DNA from: Paracoccus suum
GTDB lineage: Bacteria > Pseudomonadota > Alphaproteobacteria > Rhodobacterales > Rhodobacteraceae
Direction: 5' to 3'
Length of the DNA stretch: 32,000 bases
Assembly: GCF_003324675.1 (NCBI RefSeq)
Contig: NZ_CP030918.1
Coordinates: 2,310,001 to 2,342,000 of the forward strand
This document shows positions 1 through 11,219 of this stretch, one piece after another (position 1 is the first letter of the stretch; every line of letters starts with the position of its first letter). Made by a program: the position numbers and the translations under genes. The notes beneath the pieces are model-generated. The model was given only the letters and a program-made list of their open reading frames with translations. It was not told where the DNA came from and ran no database searches.

Positions 1-1
1 C

Positions 2-1459
2 GCCGCCCTCGACCGCATCCCTGGCATGCATTGCGTGCTGGGCCTGCACGAGACGGTCGTGACCGGCATGGCGGATGGCTATGCCCGCATCGCCGGCAAG
101 CCCGCCTGCACCCTGCTGCATTGCGGCCCGGGCCTTGCGAACGGCATTGCCAACCTGCACAACGCCCGGCGTGGCCGCAGCGGCATCGTCAATATCGTCG
201 GCGACCAAGCGACCTATCACCGCCCGCTCGACGCGCCGCTGACCGCCGATACCGAGGCCCTGGCCCGCGTCGTCTCGGCCTGGGTCCGCACCACGCAGAC
301 GCCGCAGGAAGTCGGGCGCGATACGGCCGAGGCAGTGCGCGCGGCGCGCACCCATCCGGGGCAGGTGGCAACGTTGATCCTGCCGGCCGACGCGTCCTGG
401 GGCGATGGCGGCGAGGTTGCGGAGCCGCTGCCTGCGGCGGCGGCGCCGCCGGTCGACCCGGCCGCCGTCGATGGGGCCGCGCGTCTGCTCCGCGGTAAGG
501 GCGAGGGCCGCACCCTGCTGCTGCTGGCGGCGGACGCCTTGCTGGGCGATGGGCCCTCGCTTGCTTACGGCATCGCCGCCGCCACCGGCGCGGATGTGAT
601 GGCCCAGTTCCTGACGGGAAATCTGCAGCGCGGGCAGGGGCGTTGGCCGCTGGCGCGCGTGCCCTATACCGTCGAGGCCGCGCTCGAGGCCTTGGCGCCA
701 TATGATCGGATCATCCAAGTCGGCGCGACCCCGCCGGTCAGCTTCTTCGGCTACCCCGGCAAGCCCTCGCAGATGTTCCCGCCGCAGGCGGTGCTGCATG
801 TCCTCAGCCGCCCCGACCAAGACGGCATCGCGGCGCTACGTGCGCTCGCGGACGAGGTTGGCGCGACCGCCCTGCCGCCGCCGCAGTCGAACGCGGACAG
901 CGCGCCCCTGCCGACAGGCGCGCCCCATGCGGAAGGGCTCGCGCGGGTTCTGGCAGCGTTGGTGCCAGAGGGTGGGATCATCTGCGAGGAGTCCGTGAGC
1001 TTCGGCGGAGGGACCGGCCCGGCCTACGATGCGGCGGCGCCGCACACCTGGATCTCGCTGACCGGCGGCGCCATCGGTGACGGCTTTCCGCTTGCCACAG
1101 GCGCCGCCATCGGCGCGGGCGGGCAGCGCCGCGTGATCTCGCTCCAGGCGGACGGCTCGGGCCTGTACTCGCTGCAGGCGCTCTGGACCCAGGCGCGCGA
1201 GCGGCTGCCTTGCACGACCATCGTCCTCGCCAATCGGCGCTACCAGATTTTGCTCGGCGAATATGCCGGCGTTGGTGCGAACCCGGGTCCGACCGCGATG
1301 GACATGCTGGACCTCGGCAACCCGGTCATAGACTGGATCGCGCTCGCCCGCGGCTTCGGGGTCGAGGCCGCGCGCACCGACACGTTGGAGGGCCTGGCCG
1401 ACCTGCTGCGCGCCAGCCTGCTGCGGGACGGGCCGTTCCTGATCGAACTGGTGATCTAA
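2..1459 (+). CDS. Thiamine-pyrophosphate-dependent enzyme, acetolactate synthase large subunit / benzoylformate decarboxylase-like (5' end outside window)
   Basis: The frame is open from the window edge, with no stop between position 2 and the listed ATG at 26. N-terminal Pyr-domain-like 'GLHETVVTGMADGYARIAGKP..LHCGPGLANGIANLHNARR'. C-terminal TPP-binding-type motif 'LQADGSGLYSLQALWTQARERLPCTTIVLANRRY'. Confidence 0.8.
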   Translation, partial: AALDRIPGMHCVLGLHETVVTGMADGYARIAGKPACTLLHCGPGLANGIANLHNARRGRSGIVNIVGDQATYHRPLDAPLTADTEALARVVSAWVRTTQTPQEVGRDTAEAVRAARTHPGQVATLILPADASWGDGGEVAEPLPAAAAPPVDPAAVDGAARLLRGKGEGRTLLLLAADALLGDGPSLAYGIAAATGADVMAQFLTGNLQRGQGRWPLARVPYTVEAALEALAPYDRIIQVGATPPVSFFGYPGKPSQMFPPQAVLHVLSRPDQDGIAALRALADEVGATALPPPQSNADSAPLPTGAPHAEGLARVLAALVPEGGIICEESVSFGGGTGPAYDAAAPHTWISLTGGAIGDGFPLATGAAIGAGGQRRVISLQADGSGLYSLQALWTQARERLPCTTIVLANRRYQILLGEYAGVGANPGPTAMDMLDLGNPVIDWIALARGFGVEAARTDTLEGLADLLRASLLRDGPFLIELVI

Positions 1460-1462
1460 ACC

Positions 1463-1523
1463 GCAGCAAGTCGAGGCGATCCGCTACTTGCTGCGACGCG
1501 GCGCCCGGCCCCAAGCGGCCGGG
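1463..1523 (+). terminator. Two GC hairpins downstream of the TPP-enzyme gene (candidate transcript end; no clear U-tract)
   Basis: GCAGCAAGT (1463-1471) and ACTTGCTGC (1486-1494) are perfect complements around a 14-nt loop. CCCGGCC (1504-1510) and GGCCGGG (1517-1523) form a second stem. No T-run follows, so this is not a canonical intrinsic terminator. Confidence 0.35.
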
Positions 1524-1663
1524 TGCCCGCATGAGACGTTTTGGATCATTGCGTCCCGCCGCACTCCAAGGCAGAACCCGCGGGTTGCGCTGTGGCCGGC
1601 AGTCGCGACGCGCGCGGCCAGTCCCGCCTGGACGCCCCCTAATTCACGGCACCCAACCGCTGA

Positions 1664-3031
<1,368 letters not shown>

Positions 3032-3038
3032 AGCGACT

Positions 3039-3082
3039 CGGGTGCCCGGCGTTGCGCCGAGCACCCGGTTGCTTGTGTTCTC
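3039..3082 (+). terminator. Rho-independent-type terminator after gdhA
   Basis: Outer stem is CGGGTGC (3039-3045) with GCACCCG (3061-3067). Inner stem is CGGCG (3047-3051) with CGCCG (3055-3059). A T-enriched tail 'gttgcttgtgttctc' follows. Confidence 0.55.
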
Positions 3083-3166
3083 GATCGGGCCACGGGTGCC
3101 CTGTGGGGCTTGCGGCCGGTTGCGACCGCAGTTGTGATGGCTCCCATCGCAAGTGCTGGGGAAGCC

Positions 3167-3973
3167 ATGGCAAACGAAACTCAGGAACGGCAGACGGCGG
3201 TCGCGTTGCTGGAACTCTGGGGCACGGGCCAGCAGCGCCCGGGCCTTCCCGTTTCCGACATGGCATCAGCTTACCGGATTGCCGGATACATCAGATCTCT
3301 GCGCGAGGCGCGCGGGGATCGGGTGGTGGGCCGCAAGATCGGATTCTCGAACACCTCCATCTGGCCGCTCTATGCCGTGGACCGGCCGATCTGGAATTAC
3401 GTCTGGGAGACGACCGTCCGGCCCGCCTCGGAGGGCCGTGCGACCCTTTCGCTGGACCCATTTTCTGAGCCACGGATCGAACCCGAAATCGTCTTCCAAT
3501 TGGCCCGGACCCCAGAGCCCGGAATGAACGAGGCGGCGCTGCTCGGCTGTATCGACCGCGTGGCGCTTGGTTTCGAGATCGTCCAGTCCGTCTTTCCCGG
3601 TTGGAAGTTCTCGGCGCCCGCGGCAACGGCCGCCTTCGGGCTGCACGGCGCCCTCGTCCTGGGGCCTTGGTCCGAAATCGGGGACAATGGCCCCGGGTGG
3701 GCTGACCGACTGCATGACTTCAGCGTAACCCTGTTCAAGAACGGGGCGGCGGTGGAAACGGGCCATGCTCGCAACGTCCTCGGCGGCCCGCTCACGGCAC
3801 TGCGCTTTCTGGTCGAGGCGGTTGGCCAGGAGGGGGCCGGCCCGCAGTTGCAGGCGGGAGAGATCGTGACGACCGGGACCCTGACCGACGCCCATGTCAT
3901 CTCGCAGGGCGAGACGTGGAGCGCGGATCTTGAAGGTCTCGACCTTGGCGGCTTGCAAGTGGCGTTCAGTTAG
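3167..3973 (+). CDS. 2-keto-4-pentenoate hydratase / 4-oxalocrotonate decarboxylase-family (FAA-hydrolase fold) protein
   Basis: 'GRKIGFSNTSIWPLYAVDRPIWNYVW', 'EPRIEPEIVFQL', 'ALGFEIVQS' and 'LQAGEIVTTGTLT' follow the MhpD/XylJ-type hydratase pattern. The ATG at 3167 is preceded by GGGGAAG, and the listed ORF start at 3110 is probably an upstream extension. Confidence 0.75.
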   Translation: MANETQERQTAVALLELWGTGQQRPGLPVSDMASAYRIAGYIRSLREARGDRVVGRKIGFSNTSIWPLYAVDRPIWNYVWETTVRPASEGRATLSLDPFSEPRIEPEIVFQLARTPEPGMNEAALLGCIDRVALGFEIVQSVFPGWKFSAPAATAAFGLHGALVLGPWSEIGDNGPGWADRLHDFSVTLFKNGAAVETGHARNVLGGPLTALRFLVEAVGQEGAGPQLQAGEIVTTGTLTDAHVISQGETWSADLEGLDLGGLQVAFS

Positions 3974-4078
3974 GTTTGCGACTGCGCTGGGCGAGGATTT
4001 CTGGTCCAGCCGGGGCCTGCGATCAGTCTGGCCCTTCCCAACATGATTTCCGGCTATTTCGCTCGCTAGCGGGGTCGC

Positions 4079-4101
4079 TTGACAGCGGATACATCGTGTA
4101 T
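4079..4101 (+). promoter_or_regulatory. -35-like TTGACA next to a 5-3-5 palindrome ATACA-tcg-TGTAT, upstream of the DHDPS-like gene
   Basis: TTGACA lies at 4079-4084. ATACA (4089-4093) and TGTAT (4097-4101) are perfect complements. I could not identify a convincing -10 hexamer at 16-18 nt spacing. Confidence 0.25.
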
Positions 4102-4192
4102 ACCGTATGGCACAAATCAGAAGCTCGCGCAGCGGGCGCCGAGGGTCATCCTAAATTGGGCCACCGGCCAGAACCAGGAGACCGGATCCCTC

Positions 4193-5116
4193 ATGACTCT
4201 GATGACCGCCGAAGCCAGTGGCGTCTATGTGATCGGCGCCACGCCGTTCAGCGATGATGGCGCGATCGACTGGAACAGCCTCGACGCGCTGACCGACTTC
4301 TACCTTGAACGGGGCGCCACCGGGCTGACCGTGCTGGGCATCATGGGCGAGGCGCCGAAGCTGACCCAAGCCGAGAGTGCCGATATCGTGCGCCGCATTC
4401 TCGGGCGGGTGGACGGGCGCGTACCGGTGGTGGTCGGTGTCTCGTCGCCCGGGTTCGCGGCGATGGGCGAGTTGACAGCGGCCGTGATGGACGCAGGCGC
4501 CGGCGGCGTGATGATCGCGCCGCCCCCCACGACGCGCACCGATGACCAGATCTTCGCCTACTACCGCGGCGCCGCCGAGGCGACTGGCGCGGCACCGATC
4601 GTCATCCAGGACTTCCCCCTCGCGACTTCGGTCCAGATGAGCGCCGGCGTCATCGCCCGGATCGTCGAGGCGGTTCCGCAGGTCGTGTCGCTGAAGCACG
4701 AGGACTGGCCCGGGCTAGAAAAGATCAGCACCCTGCGCGCGCCCGGCGGGCTGCCGCGCCGCATTTCCATCCTGTGCGGTAACGGCGGCTGCTTCCTGCC
4801 CGAGGAGATGGAGCGTGGCGCGGACGGCGCCATGACCGGCTTTGCCTACCCCGAGATGATGCGCGACGTGATCGCCGCAGTCGGCGCCGGCAATATGGAT
4901 CGCGCCCTCGATCTGTTCGAGGCCTATTTGCCCTTGGTGCGGATGGAGATGCAGCCCGGCCTGGGCCTCGCCGTGCGCAAGCATATCCTGTGGAAGCGCG
5001 GGATCCTCGGCACGCCGGCGCTGCGCAAGCCGGGCACAAAGCTGGGCGCGGTAGCCGCGGCCGAGATTGACCGACTGATGACGCGGCTCGACCGCAAGCT
5101 GAAGGATTTGTGCTGA
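4193..5116 (+). CDS. Dihydrodipicolinate synthase/N-acetylneuraminate lyase-family (class I aldolase-like) protein, atypical active site
   Basis: Family pattern 'VIGATPFSDDGAIDWNSLDALTDFYLERGATGLTVLGIMGEAPKLTQAE', with a Schiff-base-lysine context 'VVSLKHEDW'. AGGAG (about 4174-4178) precedes the ATG at 4193. The stop TGA is at 5114-5116. Confidence 0.85.
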   Translation: MTLMTAEASGVYVIGATPFSDDGAIDWNSLDALTDFYLERGATGLTVLGIMGEAPKLTQAESADIVRRILGRVDGRVPVVVGVSSPGFAAMGELTAAVMDAGAGGVMIAPPPTTRTDDQIFAYYRGAAEATGAAPIVIQDFPLATSVQMSAGVIARIVEAVPQVVSLKHEDWPGLEKISTLRAPGGLPRRISILCGNGGCFLPEEMERGADGAMTGFAYPEMMRDVIAAVGAGNMDRALDLFEAYLPLVRMEMQPGLGLAVRKHILWKRGILGTPALRKPGTKLGAVAAAEIDRLMTRLDRKLKDLC

Positions 5117-5850
5117 TGGATCTGGGAATTACCGGGCGCCGCGCGCTTGTGCTGGGCGGCATGAAGGGGCTGGGCGGCGCCGTCGCCGAGGCGCTGCGCG
5201 CCGAGGGGGCGGAGGTGATCGCCGCATCGCGCGGCGCCGAAGGGCCGCATCGCGTGGACCTGGCGGACCGCGCCTCCGTCGACGCGCTCGCTGACACGCT
5301 GCTTGCCGATGGCGGGATGGATATTCTCGTCTGCAACACCGGCGGTCCCGCCCCCGGCGCTGCGGCGAGCGTCGCGTCCGAGGAATGGAGCCGCGCCTTT
5401 GAAGCGATGGCGGCGAGTCTCTTCCACCTGACCTCGCGCCTGTTGCCGCCGATGCGCGAGCGCGGCTGGGGCCGAATTGTGACCATTGTCAGTTCCGGCG
5501 TTGAGCAGCCGATCCCGAACCTTGCCGTCTCGAACGGCGTTCGCGCCGCGGTGGTCGGCTGGTCCAAGACGCTGGCCAGCGAAGTCGCCGCCGACGGGGT
5601 GACGGTGAACTGCGTCCTGCCGGGCCGCATCCATACCGAGCGTGTGGACCAGCTGGACGCTGCGGCGTCCAAACGCACCGGCAAGGAACTGGAGGATGTC
5701 CGCGCAGCCTCGCGCGCAACGATCCCCGCCGGCCGCTACGGCCGTCCCGAGGAGTTTGCGGCGGTGGTCGCGTTCCTCTGCTCGGACCCGGCCAGTTACG
5801 TGACCGGCAGCCGCGTGCGCTGCGACGGCGGAATGATCCGCAGCATCTAG
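5116..5850 (+). CDS. SDR-fold oxidoreductase, non-canonical (BKR-like subgroup lacking the YxxxK motif)
   Basis: Rossmann-like 'RRALVLGGMKGLGGAVAEAL' and 'VNCVLPGRIHTERV' are present. The position expected for YxxxK reads 'AVSNGVRAAVVGWSK'. The ATG at 5116 shares one nucleotide with the upstream TGA (5114-5116). Confidence 0.8.
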   Translation: MDLGITGRRALVLGGMKGLGGAVAEALRAEGAEVIAASRGAEGPHRVDLADRASVDALADTLLADGGMDILVCNTGGPAPGAAASVASEEWSRAFEAMAASLFHLTSRLLPPMRERGWGRIVTIVSSGVEQPIPNLAVSNGVRAAVVGWSKTLASEVAADGVTVNCVLPGRIHTERVDQLDAAASKRTGKELEDVRAASRATIPAGRYGRPEEFAAVVAFLCSDPASYVTGSRVRCDGGMIRSI

Positions 5851-5879
5851 GCTTGGGCGCCGTACTGGAAGACATTTTG

Positions 5880-5906
5880 AAGGCGGCGGGGTGATCCCGC
5901 CGCCTT
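5880..5906. terminator. Perfect 11-bp GC hairpin between convergent genes (candidate bidirectional terminator)
   Basis: AAGGCGGCGGG (5880-5890), loop gtgat, then CCCGCCGCCTT (5896-5906). It sits between the SDR stop (5850, +) and the PLP-enzyme stop (5980, -). Confidence 0.6.
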
Positions 5907-5979
5907 TGACTGTCGCGGCGCAGAGGTGATGGTCCACCGCGTTTGATGTGGCGCGAATGCGATCTGCTCTCCGGCCGGC

Positions 5980-6942
5980 TTACTGCTCGAACAGGGATGG
6001 CGTGCCGCCAGTATGCAGAATGCAGGCGGCCTCATCCTTTGGGATCGCGCCGGACCGGACCAGGTTCAGCAGACCGGCAAAGGTCTTGGCCACATAGACC
6101 TGCTCGATCATCAGCGCTTCATTGGCGGCCATGGTCCTCGCGGCAGCAAGCGACGCTTCCGTCACGACGCCGTAGCCGCCGCCCAACTCTCCGGTGTGGA
6201 TCTCGACCCGGTCCATGAGGTCCGTGGGCACAGCTTGGTCCATCAGCGCCGCGGCACCAAGGATGTTTTCGGTCAGCCGCGCCGTCAGTTCGGCAGCATC
6301 ATATTCCACGCTGACCAGATGAAAGCGCCAGTCGCGGTCCAGCAACGCGGCGCCGAGGATCAGGCCGGCCTCGGTCACACCCATCGAGCCAGGCAGGACG
6401 ATATGGCGCAGCCCCGCGCCTTGCTGGAGGTCCTGCGCGGTGAGTTCCTCGGCCGCGCGGACATACCCCAGCGCCCCGACGAAGGGATCGCCAATGAGGT
6501 AGGGTCGCCGGCCAGCTGCGCGCAGCTCCGCCATTGCCTGCTGCGCGAGGGCGCCGCGCTCCTCTTCGCTCACCGGACCCAGGCGACGGATGTCCGCGCC
6601 CAGAAGCTCGGTCAGCATCGCGTTGCCGCGCAGGGGGGCCTCGCTGTCACCGGCATAGAGGACCAGCACCTCGATCCCGAGTTTCGCCCCGGCGGCGGCT
6701 GTCAGGCGGCACTGGTTGGAGGGCAGGGCGCCGGCGACCACCAGCATGTCGCTGCCCTGCGCCTTTGCCTCGCCAATCCAGAACTCTAGGCTGCGCACCT
6801 TGTTGCCGCCGAAGGCGAGCGGCATGCAGTCGTCGCGCTTGACCCAGATGGCGGGGTGCCCGAGGACCTCGCCGATCCGGGACATGCGCTCCAACGGCGT
6901 CGGCGCGCCGACGAGGTCCACCCAAGGAAATGTGTCCAGCAT
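5980..6942 (-). CDS. PLP-dependent ACC deaminase / D-cysteine desulfhydrase-family enzyme
   Basis: 'GAPTPLERMSRIGEVLGHPAIWVKRDDCMPLAFGGNKVRSLEFW' matches the family signature, including the PLP lysine in GGNK. The internal ATG at 6942 (MLDTFPW) lies 4 nt after the upstream permease stop (6947-6949). The listed start at 7044 would overlap that permease. Confidence 0.85.
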   Translation of the reverse strand: MLDTFPWVDLVGAPTPLERMSRIGEVLGHPAIWVKRDDCMPLAFGGNKVRSLEFWIGEAKAQGSDMLVVAGALPSNQCRLTAAAGAKLGIEVLVLYAGDSEAPLRGNAMLTELLGADIRRLGPVSEEERGALAQQAMAELRAAGRRPYLIGDPFVGALGYVRAAEELTAQDLQQGAGLRHIVLPGSMGVTEAGLILGAALLDRDWRFHLVSVEYDAAELTARLTENILGAAALMDQAVPTDLMDRVEIHTGELGGGYGVVTEASLAAARTMAANEALMIEQVYVAKTFAGLLNLVRSGAIPKDEAACILHTGGTPSLFEQ

Positions 6943-6946
6943 GCCG

Positions 6947-7633
6947 TCAGTCGAGGTTGATGGGTTGCGCGCTGCCGAGACGGCGTTCCGCCCAGCGCGC
7001 GAACCTGAGGACGGGGTAGCAGTAAACGAAATAGATCGCAGCAATCAGGCCATAGATGAAAAGCACGTCGCGGGGATGGCGCAGGATCGCGATCTCGCCC
7101 TGTCGGGTCAGATCGGCAATGCCGATGACGGACAGGATCGCGGTGCTCTTGATGATCATGACATAAACGCCGCTCATCGGCGGGACAGTCAGCTTCAAGG
7201 CCTGCGGCAAAAGAATGTACCACAGCCGTTCGATACGGTTCATGCCCAGCGCGGTCGCCGCCTCGGACTGGCCGCGCGGCACCGCGTCGATCGCACCGCG
7301 CACGATCTCTGCCACGTAGCTGGAGGTATAGATGGACAGCGCGACGAGCGCGGCGGTCTGCGAGTTCCAGCTCAGCCACGAGATGTCGGTGTTCGGCAGG
7401 ACGAAATAGAACAGATAAAGCTGCACGAGGAACGGCGTGCCGCGCAGCAGGTGGATGTAGAGGCCGAGGAGCCCGGTCAGCAGGGGCACACGCTGGCTGC
7501 GGATCACGCCGATGACAAAGCCGATAATCGAGCCGGCAATGATGCTGACGAACGAGATCAGCAGTGTCTGCAAGAAGCCCTGCCACAGGAACGGCATCAG
7601 CGACACGGTAATGGACCAGTAACGTTCCAGCAT
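6947..7633 (-). CDS. Polar amino acid ABC transporter permease (His/Glu/Gln/Arg/opine family)
   Basis: It carries several hydrophobic segments. The EAA-loop region 'GQSEAATALGMNRIERLWYILLPQALKLTVPPMSG' is typical of HisM/GlnP-type permeases. Confidence 0.9.
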   Translation of the reverse strand: MLERYWSITVSLMPFLWQGFLQTLLISFVSIIAGSIIGFVIGVIRSQRVPLLTGLLGLYIHLLRGTPFLVQLYLFYFVLPNTDISWLSWNSQTAALVALSIYTSSYVAEIVRGAIDAVPRGQSEAATALGMNRIERLWYILLPQALKLTVPPMSGVYVMIIKSTAILSVIGIADLTRQGEIAILRHPRDVLFIYGLIAAIYFVYCYPVLRFARWAERRLGSAQPINLD

Positions 7634-7636
7634 CCC

Positions 7637-8332
7637 TCAGGCCCCACCATTCCAGGCCGGCCCCGCAAGGCGCCGGCGGACAAAGTGGGAGAGCAGCACC
7701 ATCACGGCATAAATCGCGAGATAGCCTGCGGCGATGGTCAGGAAGCTTTCGTTCGGGCGCACGCGCTCACTGTTCAGAAGGATGCCTGCGCTGGTGAATT
7801 CGAAAACGGTGATGATCGACAGCAAGGATGTGTCCTTGATCAGGACGGCGGTCTGGCCGATCAGCGGCGGCAGGGTGTTGGCAAAGGCCTGAGGCAGCAC
7901 GACATATCGCATCCGTTGGCCGTAGGACATGCCGACCGCCTTGGCGCCCTCGATCTGGCCGCGCGGGACCGAGCCGATGCCGGCGCGGATGATCTCGCCC
8001 ATGTACGGGGACGAGTTCAGCACCAGGGCGGCGATGCCGAAATACATGTCATTCCAGGACTTGGTGACCGGCACCAGCGCGGGCAGGCCGTAGTAGACGA
8101 GGTAGATCTGCACCAGCAGGGGGGTCGAGCGGATGAACTCGACATAGGCCGCGATCGGCCGCGTGATGATCGCCCGGCGCGACAAGAGGGCGATCGCGAT
8201 CAGCGTGCCGAACAGGACAGACAGCACCAGGGCGATGCCGGCAGCCGTCAGCGTGTTCGCCAGACCCTCGGCAAAGCGGTTCAGGTACTGTGCGACGATG
8301 CGGTAATTATAGAATTCGACGATCGGGTTCAT
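7637..8332 (-). CDS. Polar amino acid ABC transporter permease
   Basis: 'VPRGQIEGAKAVGMSYGQRMRYVVLPQAFANTLPPLIGQ' is an EAA loop. Its stop lies 3 nt before the next permease start. Confidence 0.9.
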   Translation of the reverse strand: MNPIVEFYNYRIVAQYLNRFAEGLANTLTAAGIALVLSVLFGTLIAIALLSRRAIITRPIAAYVEFIRSTPLLVQIYLVYYGLPALVPVTKSWNDMYFGIAALVLNSSPYMGEIIRAGIGSVPRGQIEGAKAVGMSYGQRMRYVVLPQAFANTLPPLIGQTAVLIKDTSLLSIITVFEFTSAGILLNSERVRPNESFLTIAAGYLAIYAVMVLLSHFVRRRLAGPAWNGGA

Positions 8333-8383
8333 GCTGCCTGCTGGGCTGAGGCGGGCCGGCGCGAGGCCAGCCCGGTCGGGCGC

Positions 8384-9175
8384 TTACTTGTGGTCCTTGG
8401 CCCAGTCGGTGGTTTTCCACCAGTAGTTGATCTTGGCTTCCAGCCGGTTGTCGGCCGTGATCAGCTCGACATAGTTGTCCAGCCAGAGCTTGAGGTGAAA
8501 GGCGTTCGGCTGGACCGCAAAGGCCAGCGGCTCGCGGGTGATGACACCCTCGAGGATCTTGAGGTTGCCGAATTCGTCCACGAAGCTGGTGACGTTGCCG
8601 AGGTCCGAGACCATCCCGTCAAGACGGCCCGACGACAGCGCCTGCGCGGTCGCGGCGGTGCCGCCCGCGAACTCTTTAAGCGTGGCCTCGGGCATGTATT
8701 TCTTGATCGCCTCGCCATACGAGCTGGCCTGCGTCGCGCCGAGGGTCAGCCCGGACTTGTTCAGGTCCTGCCATTTCGTCGCCGGCGAATCCTTCGGCGC
8801 GACGGCAACCGTCTCCTGGTAGAACATCGGGCGCGAGAACAGCAGCTGCGCCGCGCGCTGCGGGGTCGGGGTCATGTCGGCGGCGATCATGTCCACCTTG
8901 CCCGACAGCAGTGCCGGGATGAGGCCCTTCCAGTCGTAGTCCTGGACCACCAGCTTGACGCCCAGATCGTCGGCCATCATCTGCGCCAGCTCGACCGCAA
9001 GGCCGGTCCGGGCGCCGTTCTTGTCGACGAAGCTGACGGGCGGGCCCTGGGTCTGGACCGCGATCCGCAACTCGCCCCGGCCGAGGATATCGTCCATCTC
9101 GTCGGCCTGCGCGGCGCTGACCGTGGTCATGCAGGCCGCGGCAAGCGCCATTACGCTCTTAAGAAATCGTCTCAT
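8384..9175 (-). CDS. Periplasmic substrate-binding protein, family 3 (polar amino acid type)
   Basis: Signal peptide 'MRRFLKSVMALAAACMTTVSAAQA'. 'LRIAVQTQGPPVSFVDKNG', 'GKVDMIAADMTPTPQR' and the length of about 260 aa are typical of this family. Confidence 0.9.
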   Translation of the reverse strand: MRRFLKSVMALAAACMTTVSAAQADEMDDILGRGELRIAVQTQGPPVSFVDKNGARTGLAVELAQMMADDLGVKLVVQDYDWKGLIPALLSGKVDMIAADMTPTPQRAAQLLFSRPMFYQETVAVAPKDSPATKWQDLNKSGLTLGATQASSYGEAIKKYMPEATLKEFAGGTAATAQALSSGRLDGMVSDLGNVTSFVDEFGNLKILEGVITREPLAFAVQPNAFHLKLWLDNYVELITADNRLEAKINYWWKTTDWAKDHK

Positions 9176-9220
9176 CTGGTTCGCCCCCTTGTTGTGATCG
9201 CGTCGTCGTCGCCGGCGGCG

Positions 9221-9972
<752 letters not shown>

Positions 9973-9976
<4 letters not shown>

Positions 9977-10827
9977 GCGGCAATTCCGTGGTCGGTGGAA
10001 AATCGGCCCGAAAAGGCGATTGCGACGGGTCCGGTGAGGGTCAGGCTGTCATCCTCGTGGACCTCGACGGTGAGGTTGCCGCCCGGCATCTCGACCACCA
10101 CGCGGCGGGCGGTGATCAGCCCGCGACGGCGTGCAGCCAGCACCGCGGCGCAGGCGCCGCTGCCGCAGGCTTGAGTCAGGATGCCCGGCCGTTCCCAGAC
10201 CACGGCGCGCAGGCGGTCATCAGTCACGACTTGCGCAATGCCGATGTTGGCGCCTTCCGGCAGGGCGGGGTTGGCGGCGAGGGCAGGGGCCCAGCGCCGC
10301 ACGTCCACCGCGTCCCGGTCGGGGACGAAGCAGACCAGATGCGGGTTACCGAGGTTCAGTGCCACCGGGTGGGACAGCGGGCCGGATTCCATGTCCAGCC
10401 CGCCGGTGTCCGCCGGCTGCGACAGGGGGATGGCTGCCCAGTCCCAGCGCGGCGCACCGAGGCGCAGCGCCACATCCCCGCCCGCAGCGCGGCGGGCCGC
10501 GATCAGTCCCCCCAGCGTCTCCAGCCGGACCTTGTCGAAGCCTTCCTCAAGCAACAGCCAGCAGACGCAGCGAGTGGCATTCAGGCAGGTCTCGGCCTCG
10601 GTCCCGTCGACATTATAGATTCGCATTCTGGCATCGGCGGTAGGCGCGCTCGGCGGCTCGATTACCAGCAACTGGTCGCCACCCACACCGCGATGCCGAT
10701 CGCAAATCGCCCGGATCGTGTCGGGGTCGGGACGAAACGCATGGCTGCGCCCGTCGACGATGACAAAATCGTTTCCGAGGCCGTGCATTTTGAGGAAGTC
10801 GCGGCAAGGTGCCGAATTTTCAGGCAA
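9973..10827 (-). CDS. dapF: Diaminopimelate epimerase
   Basis: '[15 protein letters not shown]', the first catalytic Cys context 'NATRC', 'LGNPHLV', and the second catalytic Cys context '[12 protein letters not shown]'. Its stop overlaps the ATG of the ABC ATPase (9973-9976). The start is uncertain: either TTG at 10827 (GAGAG 6 nt upstream) or ATG at 10788. Confidence 0.88.
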
Positions 10828-11036
10828 ATCAATCTCTCAGGGCACAATTAAGCCAACCGGTCGAAAGCTGGTCCCAGAACTGCGGCCTGTCAAGCGGGTC
10901 AATTCTCGCGGGTGTGGCGGATGGCGAGCAGTCCGGGGCCATTTGCAAGACGGGATCAGTCACCTGGACCGGTTTGTGGGGCGACCCGTCGTGACGACTA
11001 AAGTCGCCCCCGCGAGGGAGGTGCGGTTCTTTCCAC

Positions 11037-11219
11037 GTCGATTTGGCTTCCGGCGAGGCATTGCCGGTGACCGGCAGAGACATTGATCGCACGAAATTTT
11101 TTCCGATTATCGAAATTCAGTTCCGCATGTTGGAATTATGGACGCTTCCCACGAGCGAAAAAATCTGTCGATTTCTGTACGAGCATCGCCCTTTTTTCTT
11201 GCACGACAGCAGAATCGAC
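11037..11219. promoter_or_regulatory. Divergent control region with a repeated GTCGATT(T) motif (candidate operator half-sites) in an AT-enriched core
   Basis: GTCGATTT lies at 11037-11044 and GTCGATTTCTG at 11167-11177. The inverted copy CAGAATCGAC is at 11210-11219, so the two arms flank a T6 tract. CGAAATT occurs twice (about 11091 and 11111). The region lies between dapF (-) and the TRAP operon (+). Confidence 0.3.

Noticed and set aside
4725-5937. Two overlapping ORFs of 319 and 337 aa on the - strand
   Set aside because: They are antisense to the DHDPS-like and SDR genes. Their composition is Ser/Ala/Arg/Pro-rich and no domain signature is present.
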